Positions 40,250-54,185 of a DNA stretch of 64,000 bases are shown piece by piece (positions within the stretch are counted from its first letter, which is position 1; every line of letters begins with the position of its first letter). The notes under the pieces are model-generated. The model was given only the letters and a program-made list of their open reading frames with translations. It made no database searches and had not been told where the DNA came from. The DNA comes from Octopus vulgaris. Its lineage: Eukaryota. The translations under genes were made by a program, and so were the position numbers. The stretch covers positions 35,216,001 through 35,280,000 of the forward strand of contig OX597837.1 of the NCBI GenBank assembly GCA_951406725.2, in the 5' to 3' direction.

Positions 40250-40660
40250 TTTCTCTTGCTCTTTTACTTGTTTCAGTCATTTGACTGCGGCCATGCTGGA
40301 GCACCGCCTTTTTCTTAGTCGAGCAAATCGACCCCGGGACTTATTCTTTGTAAGCCCAGTACTTATTCTATCGGTCTCTTTTGCCGAACCGCTAAGTTAC
40401 GGGGACGTAAACAGACCAGCATCGGTTGTCAAGCAATGCTAGGGGGACAAACACAGACACACAAACACACACATACATATATATATATATACATATATTC
40501 GACAGGCTTCTTTCAGTTTCCGTCTACCAAATCCACTCACAAGGCCTTGGTCGGCCCGGGGCTATAGCAGAAGACACTTGCCCAAGATGCCACGCAGTAG
40601 GACTGAACCCGGAACCATGTGGTTGGTTAGCAAGCTACTTACCACAAAGCCACTCCTGCT
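40250..40660 (-). mobile_element. SINE family A
   Basis: Full-length reverse copy. Confidence 0.9.
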
Positions 40661-41114
40661 GGATGTATATATTTTAAAGAAAATTTCCAAAGATACATTT
40701 TACGTAATATAAATTACGATTAAACGAGGAGGGTAAAAAAACGGAGAAAAAAAATGTTACAACTCATTCAACTGGACTTTGACAAATGCATATTTTTAAT
40801 GAAATTTCCTGCTTATCAGCACAGCTGTGCTCCCCTATCGATGTTTCCCTTATAACTTTCAGAAAAATAGATATTTTTCGATTTAATTTTCTACAAATAC
40901 CTTTCAGCTGATGTAGACAACGATTATGTCGGGATTTAAATGTGAAAAAGAATTATTGGACACGCATCAGTATAATTATATCTACAAAATAAAACTCTTG
41001 AAAAAATTATGTGATGTATGTCAATATGTATGTATGTATGTACACGCTGAACAATTTTATTTTTAGCATTTCAATTCTGATGCAATTGTCATCTTCACCA
41101 TCTGAAAAGTATTT

Positions 41115-41311
41115 CTCTTTAACTTGTTTCAGTCATTTGACTGCGGCCATGCTGGAGCACCGCCTTTAGTCAAGCAAATCGACCCCGGGACTTATTCTTT
41201 GTAAGCCCAGTACTTATTCTATCGGGGATCTTTTGCCGAACCGCTAAGTGACGGGGACGTAAACACACCAGCATCGGTTGTCAAGCAATGCTAGGTAGAC
41301 AAACACGAACG

Positions 41312-41343
<32 letters not shown>

Positions 41344-41510
41344 CATATATACGACAGGCTTCTTTCAGTTTCCGTCTACCAAATCCACTCACAAGGCATT
41401 GGTCGGCCCGGGGCTATAGCAGAAGACACTTGCCCAATATGCCACGCAGTGGGACTGAACCCGGAACCATGTGGTTGGTTAGCAAGCTACTTACCACACA
41501 GCCACTCCTG
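41115..41510 (-). mobile_element. SINE family A
   Basis: Full-length reverse copy. Confidence 0.9.
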
Positions 41511-42499
41511 TAGAAAATTTCATTAAAAAATACCCGTTTTTCTGAAAGTTACGAGGAAACAATATCGGGAAGAGGGGCACACTTGTGCAGGTATACCAAA
41601 TGTCCTTGGGATGAATTTTTCGATTAAAAATTAGTTTTTAAAATTTTTATCAAAATAATCGTAACCTACACCATCTAATATGTAACTCTGGAAAATTTCA
41701 TTAACAAATATGTATTTTTAAGAAAGTTATAAATAACAACCTCATATAACCCGCGGTCAGTACCGATCCAGTAGATTGAACGATAACCAAATGAGCGTAC
41801 AACTACAGTTTAGTGCCCCACTTCTCGACTTTATAAATCTCATATAGATTGTAGTTATGTCCAAAAGTACTCCAGCTTTAACAACCAGTATTTATTTTTT
41901 TCAGACAATAAATATGGAACTTGGCTTTCGTTTACCTTTTGCCTTTCTTTTTCAAACATGGGATAGGGCAAGATTTAAGGAGATTCGGAGTGGCTTTTCT
42001 TGCAGGAATACTTATATGCTACAAATTTATAAACCTTGAAAAGAATCAAAGTAACAACTGTCATTTGTTATATTTTCCCCTGTGTTTCCTTATCCTACTT
42101 TATTATATATCTGCCTCTGTATGAAGGAGTCTATGTCTCTGTATATGTGTAGGGTGTACGATGTGTGTTTGTGTTTATGCGCACAGGGTCGTATATATTA
42201 AATATATGTATGTATACAAGGGGCTAAACACAGAGGGGACAAACAAGGACAGACAAAGGGATTAAGTCGACTACATCGACCCCAGTGGGTAACTGGTACT
42301 TAATTTATCGACCCCGAAAGGATGAAAGGCAAAGTCGACCTCGGCGGAATTTGAACTCAGAACGTAACGACAGACGAAATACCGCTAAGCATTTCGCCCG
42401 GCGCGCTAACGTTTCTGCCAGCTCGCCGCCTTTTTATACAGGGTATATCATGTTTGAACATTCCTGAAGGGCGAAACATTGCCCAAATAAACTACTTAC

Positions 42500-42789
42500 T
42501 TGAGTTTTTTGAATCTTTCTTTGCCGGCCGCCACGTAACCTCCACCTTCTTGTAGCTCTCTCGTATCTTCGACGGAGTTGCCACTCACCGGCGTGTACAG
42601 GCGCCGAATGGCCCCTTGTAAAGGGTTTAAAATCCTAGTGAGTTCATCGAGGAAGTTGTCGAAATTACGAATATGCCTCGTATTGACGACCACGTGTCTG
42701 GGAGGGGCGAACTTGTTACCGTTACAGAATATTTGGACATTTTTCACTTCAGTCGTTTCGGACTCCTGGGCATTGGCCGCTTTCGCCAT
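42500..42789 (-). CDS. DCDC2: First coding exon of a doublecortin-domain protein (DCDC2-like), N-terminal DCX domain
   Basis: MAKAANAQESETTEVKNVQIFCNGNKFAPPRHVVVNTRHIRNFDNFLDELTRILNPLQGAIRRLYTPVSGNSVEDTRELQEGGGYVAAGKERFKKL matches the DCX pattern (NG..F, FD.FL.E.T, GAIRRLYTP, YVAAG.E.FKKL). ATG in GCCGATGG context at 42789; ends at a phase-2 GTAAGT donor (42499). Downstream exons not identified; paralog assignment is tentative. Confidence 0.85.
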
Positions 42790-43396
42790 CGGCCTTGCAA
42801 CAAACAACCGCCAAGACCACCACCACCTTCCTATCACAGGTACCTTGCCAAGGAAGGTACCACAACTACAGGTGTCTTACTATCACAGGTACTTTCCAAT
42901 CACAGGTGCTACTAAAACCAATTACAACCACTTCTATTACCTCTACAGCTGCCGGGCCACCTCTGCTACTACTACCACGACTACGAGAGTCACTCGTAAA
43001 ATTATCCTAATTTTCTTTTTAGAAATTTAATTAACTTTATAAATTAGGAAACGAAATCAAAATTAAATGACAGGAGAAAAATTTGGTGATAAGCATTGAG
43101 TTTTTGCGAGTATATATATATATATATATATATGTTTTAAAGTTTTGCGTATGTATGAATGTACTAAATTGTTGCGTATGTATATTATTGATGTGTATAT
43201 TTAAGTATTGTGTTAATGTGAATATACGTGTGTTTAATGTATATGTTAAAGTAATGTAATCTGTAGGTATATACAATATATACACGTTAAATCATTTATT
43301 TTGTATGTGTGTGAAAATATTGCGTCCGTGTGCTAAAAATCAAGGTATATATATATAAAATGACCTGTATAAAAATCAATTTATGTTCTACCAGCA

Positions 43397-43455
<59 letters not shown>

Positions 43456-43537
43456 TATTTGTGTGTAAAAACCAAGTGCGTTTTCTTCTGTTATAGTGAG
43501 TGTGTATATATGTAAAGTCTATAGACGGGTCGATGTA

Positions 43538-43570
<33 letters not shown>

Positions 43571-43759
43571 TGATGTTTAAGGTCTTTGCGTGGAAGCACT
43601 CAGTCAGTATATAATCTACATTCTAGTGTAGCGGCTATATAATATCTGCGGGTATGTAAAAGCTATATAATAGTAATGTGTATGTCACACCTGTGTGTGT
43701 GTGTTTATGAGGTATGGAAGATGTATTTTTTAAATGTTTTTTTTTTTATATATAATCAA

Positions 43760-44802
43760 TAAGTAGTAGTAGTAGTAGCAGTTGTTGTTGTTGTTGTTGT
43801 TAGTAATAAGGTTTGGGTGGTTGTGTAGCGGTGCTGGCGTGTTCTATGCTGTAGTGGTTGTTGTTGTTATTAATGATGGTGGTGGTGAGGGTGTGGCGGA
43901 TATGTTTTTGTCGATGACGATGACAATGATGATGAGGATGGTAGAGTTGGCGACAGTATCGGCGATGGCGGTAGCAGTGGTCTACTTGTTACGTCGACGA
44001 TGTTGGCGATGGTGTCAACGGTAATAACATAGCCATTGTTGTTATGGTGGTGGCGGTGGTGGTGGTGATGGTAGTGATAGCGATGCTGATAACTGTTTGC
44101 CGTTTTTGTTGACGATGATGGTTGTTGGTGGTGTTAGCGGTAGTGTTGGTGATGAGGGTGGCGATGTCGGTGGTGGTGATTGGTGATGGTAGTGATGGCA
44201 ATGCTGATAGCTGTTTGCCGTTTTTGTTGACGATGATGGTTGTTGGTGTTAGCGGTAGTGTTGGTGATGAGGGTGGCGATGTCGTTGGTGGTGGTGGTGA
44301 TTGGTGATAGTAGTGATGGCGATGCTGATAGCTGTTTGCCGTTTTTGTTGACGATGATGGTTGTTGGTGTTAGCGGTAGTGTTGGTGATGAGGGTGGCGA
44401 TGTCGGTAGTGACGGTGGTGGTGGTGGTGGTGGTGATGGTGGTACAGTCGTTGCTATTATGTTGGTGATGATGATGATGATAATGATGGCGATAGTGATG
44501 AAGCTGACGACGATTGGTGTTTGTTATTGTTTACACTGTTGTCGATACATCCATCTGTTGTGATGGTGATGTCGGCTGCACTTGCCACTTGCTACTGCGG
44601 TTGTTGTTGTTATTATTTACTCTTATTGTTATTCATGCCATGGAGATTATTGTTGTTGTTGTTGTTGCTGTGATTACATCGAACACCGTTGTTGTTGTTC
44701 TTCTTATTATTATTTTTATTATTACTGTTGTTGTTGTTGTTTACGATGCTGTGCAGATGGTTGTTATGGCTATCGTTGTTGTTGTGATTGCATCGAATGC
44801 TA

Positions 44803-44848
<46 letters not shown>

Positions 44849-45066
44849 TGCTACTACTACTACTACTAGTGTTACTGTTGTTGTTGTTGTTTGACAATAA
44901 CGGTGCAGTTCTGTGGTTGCAATTGTTGTTGTTTACGATGCGGTACAAGTGGTTGTTATGGTTATTGTCGCTGTTGTTGTTGTTGTGATGGATATAAACA
45001 GTTTGTCGGTCGATGTTATCCTCCTTAATTGGTATTAAATCCACTCTCTTTCCGTCTTAGTTTCAA

Positions 45067-45103
<37 letters not shown>

Positions 45104-45207
45104 TGCTGTTGTTGTTGTTACGGTAACTCGAAACCGTTTCCTCGGCCTTTGCAGTTTTCGGATTTCATTTCCCGAGTTCGAGTTCCAAAAAATGTAACTA
45201 CAGCATC

Positions 45208-45245
<38 letters not shown>

Positions 45246-45250
45246 CTGCC
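43760..45250. repeat. Compound trinucleotide low-complexity tract including a 3x about 120-bp tandem repeat (44060-44410)
   Basis: (GTT/GAT/GGT/TAG/ATT)n runs; ATGCTGATA.CTGTTTGCCGTTTTTGTTGACGATG recurs at about 44083, 44201 and 44322. Confidence 0.85.
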
Positions 45251-45954
45251 GATTTAGTTTTTAGCCCCAGGCCAGCTCCCTAACCGAGCAAACAGACAAG
45301 CTTATGATCAAAAACGTAAAGGGTAACTATGCTTTCTTCCTGTTTTTAGGCATAGTCTATCTTGAACTACATTCTCTAATGTGTCCCCGGGATATTTTGG
45401 TTGCTATTTCCAGGAAGTCAAGCGGCCACCGAGAGACTCGTGTCTAAAGTTTTAATAGCAGCAGTAATAATATATCTGATATGTGTCCTTCCTTTAAGTG
45501 AAAAGATGCGTGATTCGGGTGGAGGGAAAAATTTTGGCTGCTATTTCTAGGAGGTGGAGCCAGCAGGTATACTGGTATATAGCTTCGTACAGCAGGGCAA
45601 TATCGTTGTTGTTGTGGCACTTGTTGATGTGGTGGTGGTGATGCTGTTGGTCGTCGTGGCTCCGGTACAGGTATCCATCATCTCGACAGCTCGGCTGGCT
45701 GTCTCTTAACTGAACGCATGAATCCTCCTCAACCGCTCGATACGATCTCATTGACTGTCTGTCTGTTTGACTGACTGTCCAACTGTCAGTCTGTCTGTCG
45801 GCGTAAACTTCCTGTGATGTCTGGACCGGCTGCTTGCGTTCTGTTTCAATGCGTATCCTTTACTCAGGCATTAGACTGCGGCCATGCTGGAGCACCGCTA
45901 TGAAGACTGTTTACTCGAACGAATCCACCCCAGTATATATATATATTTTTCCAG

Positions 45955-46468
45955 CTTTCTTTATTGCCCACAAGGGGCTAAACACAGAGGGGACAAACAA
46001 GGACAGACATAGGTATTAAGTCGATTACATCGACCCCAGTGCGTAACTGGTACTTATTTAATCGACCCCGGAAGGATGAAAGGCAAAGTCGACCTCGGCG
46101 GAATTTGAACTCAGACCGTAGAGATCGACCCCAGTGCGTAACTGGTACTTATTTAATCGACCCCGAAAGGATGAAAGGCAAAGTCGACCTCGGTGGAATT
46201 TGAACTCAGAACGTAGAGATCGACCCCAGTGAGTAACTGGTACTTATTTAATCGACCCCGAAAGGATGAAAGGCAAAGTCGACCTCGGTGGAATTTGAAC
46301 TCAGAACGTAGAGATCGACCCAGTACATAACTGGTACTTATTTAATCGACCCCGAAAGGATGAAAGGCAAAGTCGACCTCGGCGGAATTTGAACTCACAA
46401 CGTAACGCAGACGAAATACCGCTAAGCATTTCGCCCGGCGTGCTAACGTTTCTGCCAGCTCGCCGCCT
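45955..46468 (-). repeat. SINE family B with internal 96-bp segment amplified 4x
   Basis: ATCGACCCCAGT...GAACTCAGA unit at about 46029, 46124, 46219 and 46314. Confidence 0.85.
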
Positions 46469-46765
46469 GGTACTTATACCATCGTTCTCTTAGACGAACT
46501 GCGGATGTAAACAAACTAACACCGAATGTCAAGCTGTGGTGGGACACACACACACACACACACACATAAATATATGTTAAGTACGTATGCGTGTATGTAT
46601 GACGGGCTTCTCGCAGTTTCCGTCTACTAAATCCACTCACAAGGCTTTGGTTAGCTTGAGACTATAGGAGACACTTGCCTAAGGTGCCACGCAATGGGAC
46701 TGAACCCCGATCCATTAAGTTGGGAAGCAAGCTTCTTACCACAGAGCCACACACACGCTTATTAT

Positions 46766-46798
<33 letters not shown>

Positions 46799-46817
46799 TA
46801 TACACACACATATATAT

Positions 46818-46862
<45 letters not shown>

Positions 46863-47002
46863 TACATATATATATATATACACACACACATATATATATA
46901 TATATATACATATATACACAATATATATATATATATACACATATATATATATATATATATATACATACACACATATATATATATATATATACACATATAT
47001 AT

Positions 47003-47057
<55 letters not shown>

Positions 47058-47393
47058 CATACATACACACACACATATACATACATACAGAAACACGTGA
47101 CTTAGTGATTAGAATGTTGGACTCGCGATCGTAAGATTGTGGTTTCGATTCCAGGACCAGGTGATGTGTTGTGTTCTTGAGCAAAACACTTCATTTCAAG
47201 TTGCTGCAGTCTACTCAGCTGGCAAAAATGCGCAACTCTGCGACAGACCGGCGCCCCAATCCAGGAGGAGAGTATACACGCCAGAGAATCTGGGAAACCG
47301 GCTTTATGAGTGTATATGACTCGAGAAGGAGCTTTAAGCTTATCCTTGTTACATATTTCTTCCTCCGTCTTCTCTTCTTTACGACTTTTCTCT

Positions 47394-47429
47394 GTTTCCG
47401 AAGAAGAGCGTCTGCTCGAAACGTTAAAC
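47394..47429 (+). ncRNA. Hammerhead motif (U4C core variant)
   Basis: GTTT-CCGAAGA-A-GAGC-gtct-GCTC-GAAACGTT-AAAC; stems intact. Confidence 0.7.
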
Positions 47430-47818
47430 CATAATTCCTTTCCTGAGCGTCTGCTAATACATTACATGTACCACATCCTCGCGTTGTTGCTTTTTTGTGC
47501 TTGTTCTCTTTTTGTGTTTGTTCTCTTTTTGTATTTACTGTGTGTATGTGTGTGTGTGTGTGTGTTTGTGTACAATTTAAAAATAGGATAAAATCTTTAT
47601 AAGGATTTATCAAGTAGTTAGCGTGAAAAACCTCATAAGGGAAAAAAATCCACCAAGTTTTCTCTTAAAATATATTTATATTGAGGACATGACTATACAT
47701 AAATGACACACGCTAGGAGGGACTCTTAAAGTCAAAACTACCAAAAAAAATAAACACATAGTACCGAATACGATGGAATGCAACTCTCGAAGCGAGCCCT
47801 TTAAAAACAGAATTCAGC

Positions 47819-47875
47819 TGCATATCATATGATTTCATAATTAGTGCCCAAATGCACTTTTTAATCCTCAGTGCA
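47819..47875 (-). ncRNA. Hammerhead motif
   Basis: TGCA-CTGAGGA-(imperfect stem II with AGTGC/GCACT)-GAAA-TCATATGA-TA-TGCA; inside inverted repeat 47768-47791 versus 47876-47899. Confidence 0.6.
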
Positions 47876-47944
47876 TTCGAGAGTTGCATCCCCTCGTATG
47901 CTGTGAGGTCTCTTTCTTTCTTTTGTTGTCTTTACCATTTTTAT

Positions 47945-48003
<59 letters not shown>

Positions 48004-48461
48004 CAGGGTGACGCAAAAGTCGCGCACTTTAAGAGTTAATTATTTCATAATGTTTTAAATGTCTTAATTTGTTCTGATATTTTATTATTTGCACAAACAA
48101 TTTTAGCGAAGCAAGACGGGCGAAAAATAAACGAAGGATGAACGAGTTACCTTAGTGTTCATGCATGGGTAAACAAGTGCGCCTCGCAGACTTGTTGCAC
48201 AGGAATTCAACAGACAGAATACACACCATTGACTTGATAAGTCAATTAATTGTTGGACACCTAATTAATCGCTTTAAAGAAACCGTTAGTGTCGCTGACT
48301 ACCACCCCAATGTGGCAGGCCAAAAAGTGCAACCGATCCAACACCAAAGACGGTTGTTTTAGAAACTCTTACAAACAGCTCCAAAAATCGATGGTGTGTT
48401 TCATATGTAGTTATAGTTTTAATAAATTTTCCCTATGGTGCGCGACTTTTGCCTCACCAAG
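48004..48461. mobile_element. Internally deleted Tc1/mariner element
   Basis: TA-CAGGGTGACGCAAAAGTCGCGCAC / GTGCGCGACTTTTGCCTCACCAAG-TA. Confidence 0.75.
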
Positions 48462-48757
48462 TATATATGTGTGTGTGTGTGTATATATGTGTGTGTGTGG
48501 GGGGGGGTGTATTCATCAACTCGACTTTGTCTGAACAGAAGCACCGTGTATCACGTGTCAGGTGTCGAAATGATCGCAGAGTCAGATGAGACGAAGTGTT
48601 TTACACAAGAGTACAACGCACCACTTGGTCTAGGAATTGAAACCACTCTCTCACGATCGTGAGCATAATATCCTCACCACTACGCCATGTACCCTCACTT
48701 CACACACACACACACATACACGTGGCGTAACTGTCGTTATTTTAACGAGTTATACCT

Positions 48758-48868
48758 ATCACCCGAAGAGACACAGCTACATCAGTGGATGCTTCTAAAC
48801 CAGCTGTTAAGTATCCCACCCCACCCGTGAGGGATCAACGCTAGATGGGTCGAAACAATTGTAGCGAT
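48758..48868 (+). ncRNA. Hammerhead motif with large stem II insertion
   Basis: ATCAC-CCGAAGA-GAC-[about 75 nt]-GTC-GAAACAATTGTA-GCGAT. Confidence 0.55.
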
Positions 48869-49289
48869 TAATAAAAATTCTCATATCTACCATCTTCTGG
48901 TTCTCTCATTGGCCAAACCGGCCCTAAACGTCTGTCTTCGTCGATCGTTTTCGTACGTCCACTCTGGTGTCCTTTGTTCGTTCAAAGCCCTAACTCTCCA
49001 CAAATTTAATATTTTAAAAATTTCTGGATGCTGCCGTCTCATTAAATTTTTCCTGTCTTGTTGTTAAAAGCACGAAACAGGGAGTAATAAACAGTCGACA
49101 ACCGAGGAGGAGTTAGACGTCTTTTGGTATTTTGTCCCGTACTTGTCTCTCGTTGTGCGTTTACGTATTTTTCGCTCGTTGGTGATATCCTATATTTAAT
49201 GTGTATTTCTCATTTTTATTTAATAATTGAATGTCACGTAGCCTTTATCAACAGTAAATTTTTACATATATATATATATATTTATATAT

Positions 49290-49331
49290 ATAATCTGAAG
49301 AATCCACTAGAGTGGATGCAAGCGCTAATAT
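49290..49331 (+). ncRNA. Decayed hammerhead motif
   Basis: CTGAAGA-ATCCAC-taga-GTGGAT-GCAA(for GAAA)-GCGC-TA; 6-bp stem II perfect. Confidence 0.5.
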
Positions 49332-49469
49332 ATGATTTATAAAAATATGTGACTTGTTAATAAATATCTGTAAATATAAGACCGCCCAGATTTCTGAGTA
49401 CCTTATTTCTTCTAATATATAATACCTGTACATCATCTCCAAACCTTCTAAGATATATATATGTATGTA

Positions 49470-49519
<50 letters not shown>

Positions 49520-50817
49520 CGGAAAGGGTGTACACTGTATGTGTATATATATATATATATACACACACATACAGTGTACGCCCTTTCCGGAACCTAATGG
49601 TATGGAACCTCTTATGATCTGCACTAATTTAGACTAATATACAGCTTCCTGTATTTCATTTAGTTATTTAAGTAAGTTAAATATTTGCTTATTTAGGGTG
49701 TGTTGACTAACGTGACAGTCCCTGGTTAAGAAAAATTAGTTATCTGGAAAGACATTGAAACGTGAGATTCCAGAAAATCGATATTGTAACTACACACACA
49801 CACAAGTAAGCACGTAAATGCAAAACAAGAAGGAAAAAGGATATTACTCGACTACCTAAGGTAGAGTTATATGCTTTTATTAAAGGTTCAAAATCTTCAC
49901 AAAACTGTTACTCAGAGTTTCACGTTCCCGCTTGTCGGATAACTGTGATGAATACTGAATTAAAATCGTGGTGGTACATGTAATGTAAGGCGGCGAGCTG
50001 GCAGAAACGTTAGCACGCCAGGCGAAATGCATAGCAGTATTTTGTCTGCCGTTACGTTCTGAGTTCAAATTCCGCCGAGGTCGACTTTGCCTTTCATCCT
50101 TTCGGGGTCGATTAAATAAGTACCAGTTAAGCACCGGGGTCGATATAATCGACTTAATCCGTTTGTCTGTCCTTGTTTGTCCTCTCTGTTTAGCCCCTTG
50201 TGGGTAATAAAGAAATAGGTACATATAATATAATATGATATAATATAATTCAATTCAACGAATATGAATTTTAATTTGATCGGGTGGCTAATTTTCAAAA
50301 CATAACGGTGTAATTTTCGTTACAAGTTGGGTGGTTGTAGGATGTGAGAATTAACAGTAAAATATAAATATTATATTTATATATATACTAATCGAAGTGT
50401 ACCGTATTATATATCCATTACAGCCGATTTTACCAACCGGTTTCGCACCAGAGGTTCAACGGAGTGTTAGGTAACAGTCCGATTATGTAACCCTGCACGC
50501 TTCAGAGGTAACCATTGAGGAATGAAGTATGGCGTTTGCTTTCTATTGTTGGGGGGTGAATAGGCACATCCGGTTTGTGGTTGCTGTGAAAAACAAGAAA
50601 CGAATCGAGCAAGGGATTAAGTTGAGAGTTATGTCCCTTAGTATCGAAACCATCAACTCTGGCGGTGGTTTTGTTGCAAATCGGCGAGTTTCCTGAGAAA
50701 AAGCTTCGATTATTAGAAAGTGGGGAAATGATCAGAAAAGCCATTTCTATTCATTTTTTTCAAATACATGATACTGTACCAAGGATTTTCTCTTTCTTAT
50801 TCTACAGTGTATGTATG

Positions 50818-50858
<41 letters not shown>

Positions 50859-51053
50859 ATGTATGTAATAAATGTATGTATCTTTCATTTTTTATATGTT
50901 CCAGTCATTCGAGTGCGGTCAGGCTGGAGCCTGGCCGTGAAGGGTGTTGGTCGAACGAATTGACCCAAGGACATTATTTTGTGTTAGTCTCTTTTACTAT
51001 GTTACGGGGACGTTAACCAGCACGAGTGGTCAAGTATACAGACACAGACGTAG

Positions 51054-51114
<61 letters not shown>

Positions 51115-51506
51115 TACACATATACATGACAGGCTTCTTTCAGTTTCCGTTGATCAAATCCACTAAGAAGGCTTTGGTCGGCCCGAGGCTATAGTAGAAG
51201 ACACTTGCCCAAGGTGTCACGCAGTGGAACTGAACCCGGAACCATGTGGTTGGGAAGCACTGCGCTTGTGTATGTGTGTGTGTGTGTGTGTACAGACAGC
51301 AATGCACACGTAGGGCTTCTTTCAGTTTCCATCTACCAAATCCACTCACAAGGTTTTGATTAGTCAGAGGATATAGAAGAAAATGCTTGCCTCAGGTACC
51401 ATGCAGTGGGATTGAACCCGGAACCATGTGGCTGGCAAGCAAACTTCTTACCACGCAGTGACACCTGCTCAAAGAGCAAAATAAATCATCTACTATGGTA
51501 TTTTTG

Positions 51507-51641
<135 letters not shown>

Positions 51642-51740
51642 TAACGGGAAGCTTTATGAAAATAAACAAAAGACGAAGGCAGGTGGAATACAAATAAACA
51701 ATTGTATTAGTATGGCGCTCAGGAATATCAATAAAACAAG

Positions 51741-51778
51741 TCTTTTACGTTTCGAGCCTACGTTCTTCAACAGAAAGA
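51741..51778 (-). ncRNA. Hammerhead motif (CUGUUGA variant core)
   Basis: TCTTT-CTGTTGA-A-GAAC-gtag-GCTC-GAAACGTA-AAAGA; more decayed homologue at 18721-18757. Confidence 0.55.
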
Positions 51779-51842
51779 TACACAGAAAAGAAACAAGGAG
51801 AGAAAAAAAATGCGTGCAGAGGCTAGCGAATCAACATGGCGA

Positions 51843-51918
<76 letters not shown>

Positions 51919-52644
51919 GAGAGAATGAGACAGAGGGGGGAGAAAGACAGACAGACAGAGATTTGAATTCTGTGACAATAAAGGTGGGTGAGGGAATCAT
52001 GGCTGACGAAAGGGATCGACAGAATTATTGATCTTGCGATCGATTGAGAAAATCATCGATTAGGCGATTAGTGACAATGGTTCCTGATTTAGGCACAAGG
52101 ACAGCGATTTTGAAAAGGAGGTGCGGGGATCGATCGATACCATGGAATCCGGTATCTCACTGGTATTGTATTTTATCGACCCTTAAAGGGATTGAAAGAC
52201 AAAGCCGAATCTACTGGGGTTAGATCTCTGAACGTATGGAGCCGCAAGAAATTTTGTAAAACGTTTTGTCCGGCATTTCTCAAGGTAGCACCCACGTGCA
52301 CAAACTAGCGTAGGTAGCGTGTGGGCCTCCCGGAGCAGCCCTTCCGTTTGTTGCACCTGGGCCCTCCACAAAAGGTACTTATTGCTTACATCAGACCCGA
52401 CAGTAGTGCCGCCCGGGGCGGATTGTCACCCTGCGCCTCGGACTCTCAAGTTACGCTATTGTACGCACGCGCACACATACACACACACACAGATATGTGT
52501 GCACATGAAAATGCATACATGTCTAGCCACATACACACACACACACGTACAAATGCAAATATATATATATATGTGTGTGTGCGTATATATACATGTATAC
52601 ATATATATATACATACATACACATATGTGTGTGTGTGTGTGTAT

Positions 52645-52710
<66 letters not shown>

Positions 52711-53031
52711 TACATATGTATATATACCTACATACATACATACATACATGCATACAAACATACATATACACGTAAATGAAAAATGCATTCAATACTACAT
52801 AGCGTAGACGTTGGACAACAGACGCAGAAGAACCGTAATTCTTCGTCATTTATCGACCGAAATACACTAATACCCAAAGGGCATGAAACAGGGTATTTAA
52901 TATTTTTCGGTCGATAAATGATGAAGAAATACGATCCTTCTGCCTCTGTCCAACGTGTGCCTTGTGTAGTATTGAATGCATTTTTCAATTATTGAGTAAC
53001 TGACTGCCACGTATTCCGACTTTTGTTATCA

Positions 53032-53100
<69 letters not shown>

Positions 53101-53268
53101 AACATGCCAGTGTTTCGGTATTAGTACATGACGTCATTCACAAGTGAGTATGTCCTGTGTGTGTGTGTATGTGCGAGTGTCTTGGGCTCTATCGACCGAT
53201 GAAAAGCAACATTGACTCATGACTTCGTAGAGTTTTGCCGAAACATATTTATATTTATCTAACTATGC

Positions 53269-53397
<129 letters not shown>

Positions 53398-53790
53398 GCC
53401 GCAGGAGTGGTTGTGTGGTAGGTAGCTTGCTTACCAACCACATGGTTCCGGGTTCAGTCTTACTGCGTGGCACCTTGGGTAAGTGTCTTCTACTATAGCC
53501 TCGGGCCAACCAAAACCTTGAGTGGATTTAGCAGACGGAAACTGAAAGAAGCCCGTAATATATGTGTTTGTGTGTTGTGTTTGTCCCCCACCCCCACCCC
53601 CAACATTGCTTGACAACCGGTGCTGGTGTGTTTACGTCCCCGTAACTTCGCGGTTCGGCAAAAGGTTCCGATAGAATAAGAGTACTGGGCTTACAAAGAA
53701 TATGTCCTGGGGCCGATTTGCTCGACTAAAGGCGATGCTCCAACATGGCCGCAGGTCAAATGACTGAAACAAGTAAAAGAAAAAAAAGAG
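53398..53790 (+). mobile_element. SINE family A
   Basis: Full-length copy. Confidence 0.9.
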
Positions 53791-54141
53791 TATATATATA
53801 TATATATATACTCTTTTTTTCTATATATATATATCAACGTCAGTGCGTATATTTATGTATGTTGATATGTATGTACGTATGTATGTATATATGTATGTAC
53901 GTTCGTATGTATGCATGTATGTATTATGTACGTACGTGCGTATATACGTGTGTCAACCTGCATTGTCTACCCTTATGTCCATTTTTATCTAAGTCACCTA
54001 CCCGGTGTGTGTGTGGAAACAACAGCCTAATCCGGTGCCGGTCCACATACTTATTGTATAACCTCTACATAACCCCAACCACCCACGAATAGCTACGACA
54101 CCACCCCGTCCATTGCCGTCAGCAGAGGCCACCGCAGCGTG

Positions 54142-54155
54142 GTCGCTATGGCGAC
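54142..54155. promoter_or_regulatory. RFX X-box motif (GTCGCTATGGCGAC)
   Basis: Matches the X-box consensus RTHNYYWTRRNRAC at all 14 positions. Lies in a small unique CpG-rich island (about 53990-54180) upstream of the minus-strand DCX exon, with a possible minus-strand donor (G|GTAGGT) at 54001. Confidence 0.55.
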
Positions 54156-54185
54156 CGGATTTGAGAGATACACGCTTATACAACC

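Noticed and set aside
45114-45127. X-box-like GTTGTTACGGTAAC
   Set aside because: One mismatch to the consensus, and the left half derives from a (GTT)n run.
45494-45751. 85-aa minus-strand ORF in CpG-rich unique sequence upstream of the DCX exon
   Set aside because: No recognisable domain or clear splice donor; could be an alternative 5' region but unsupported.
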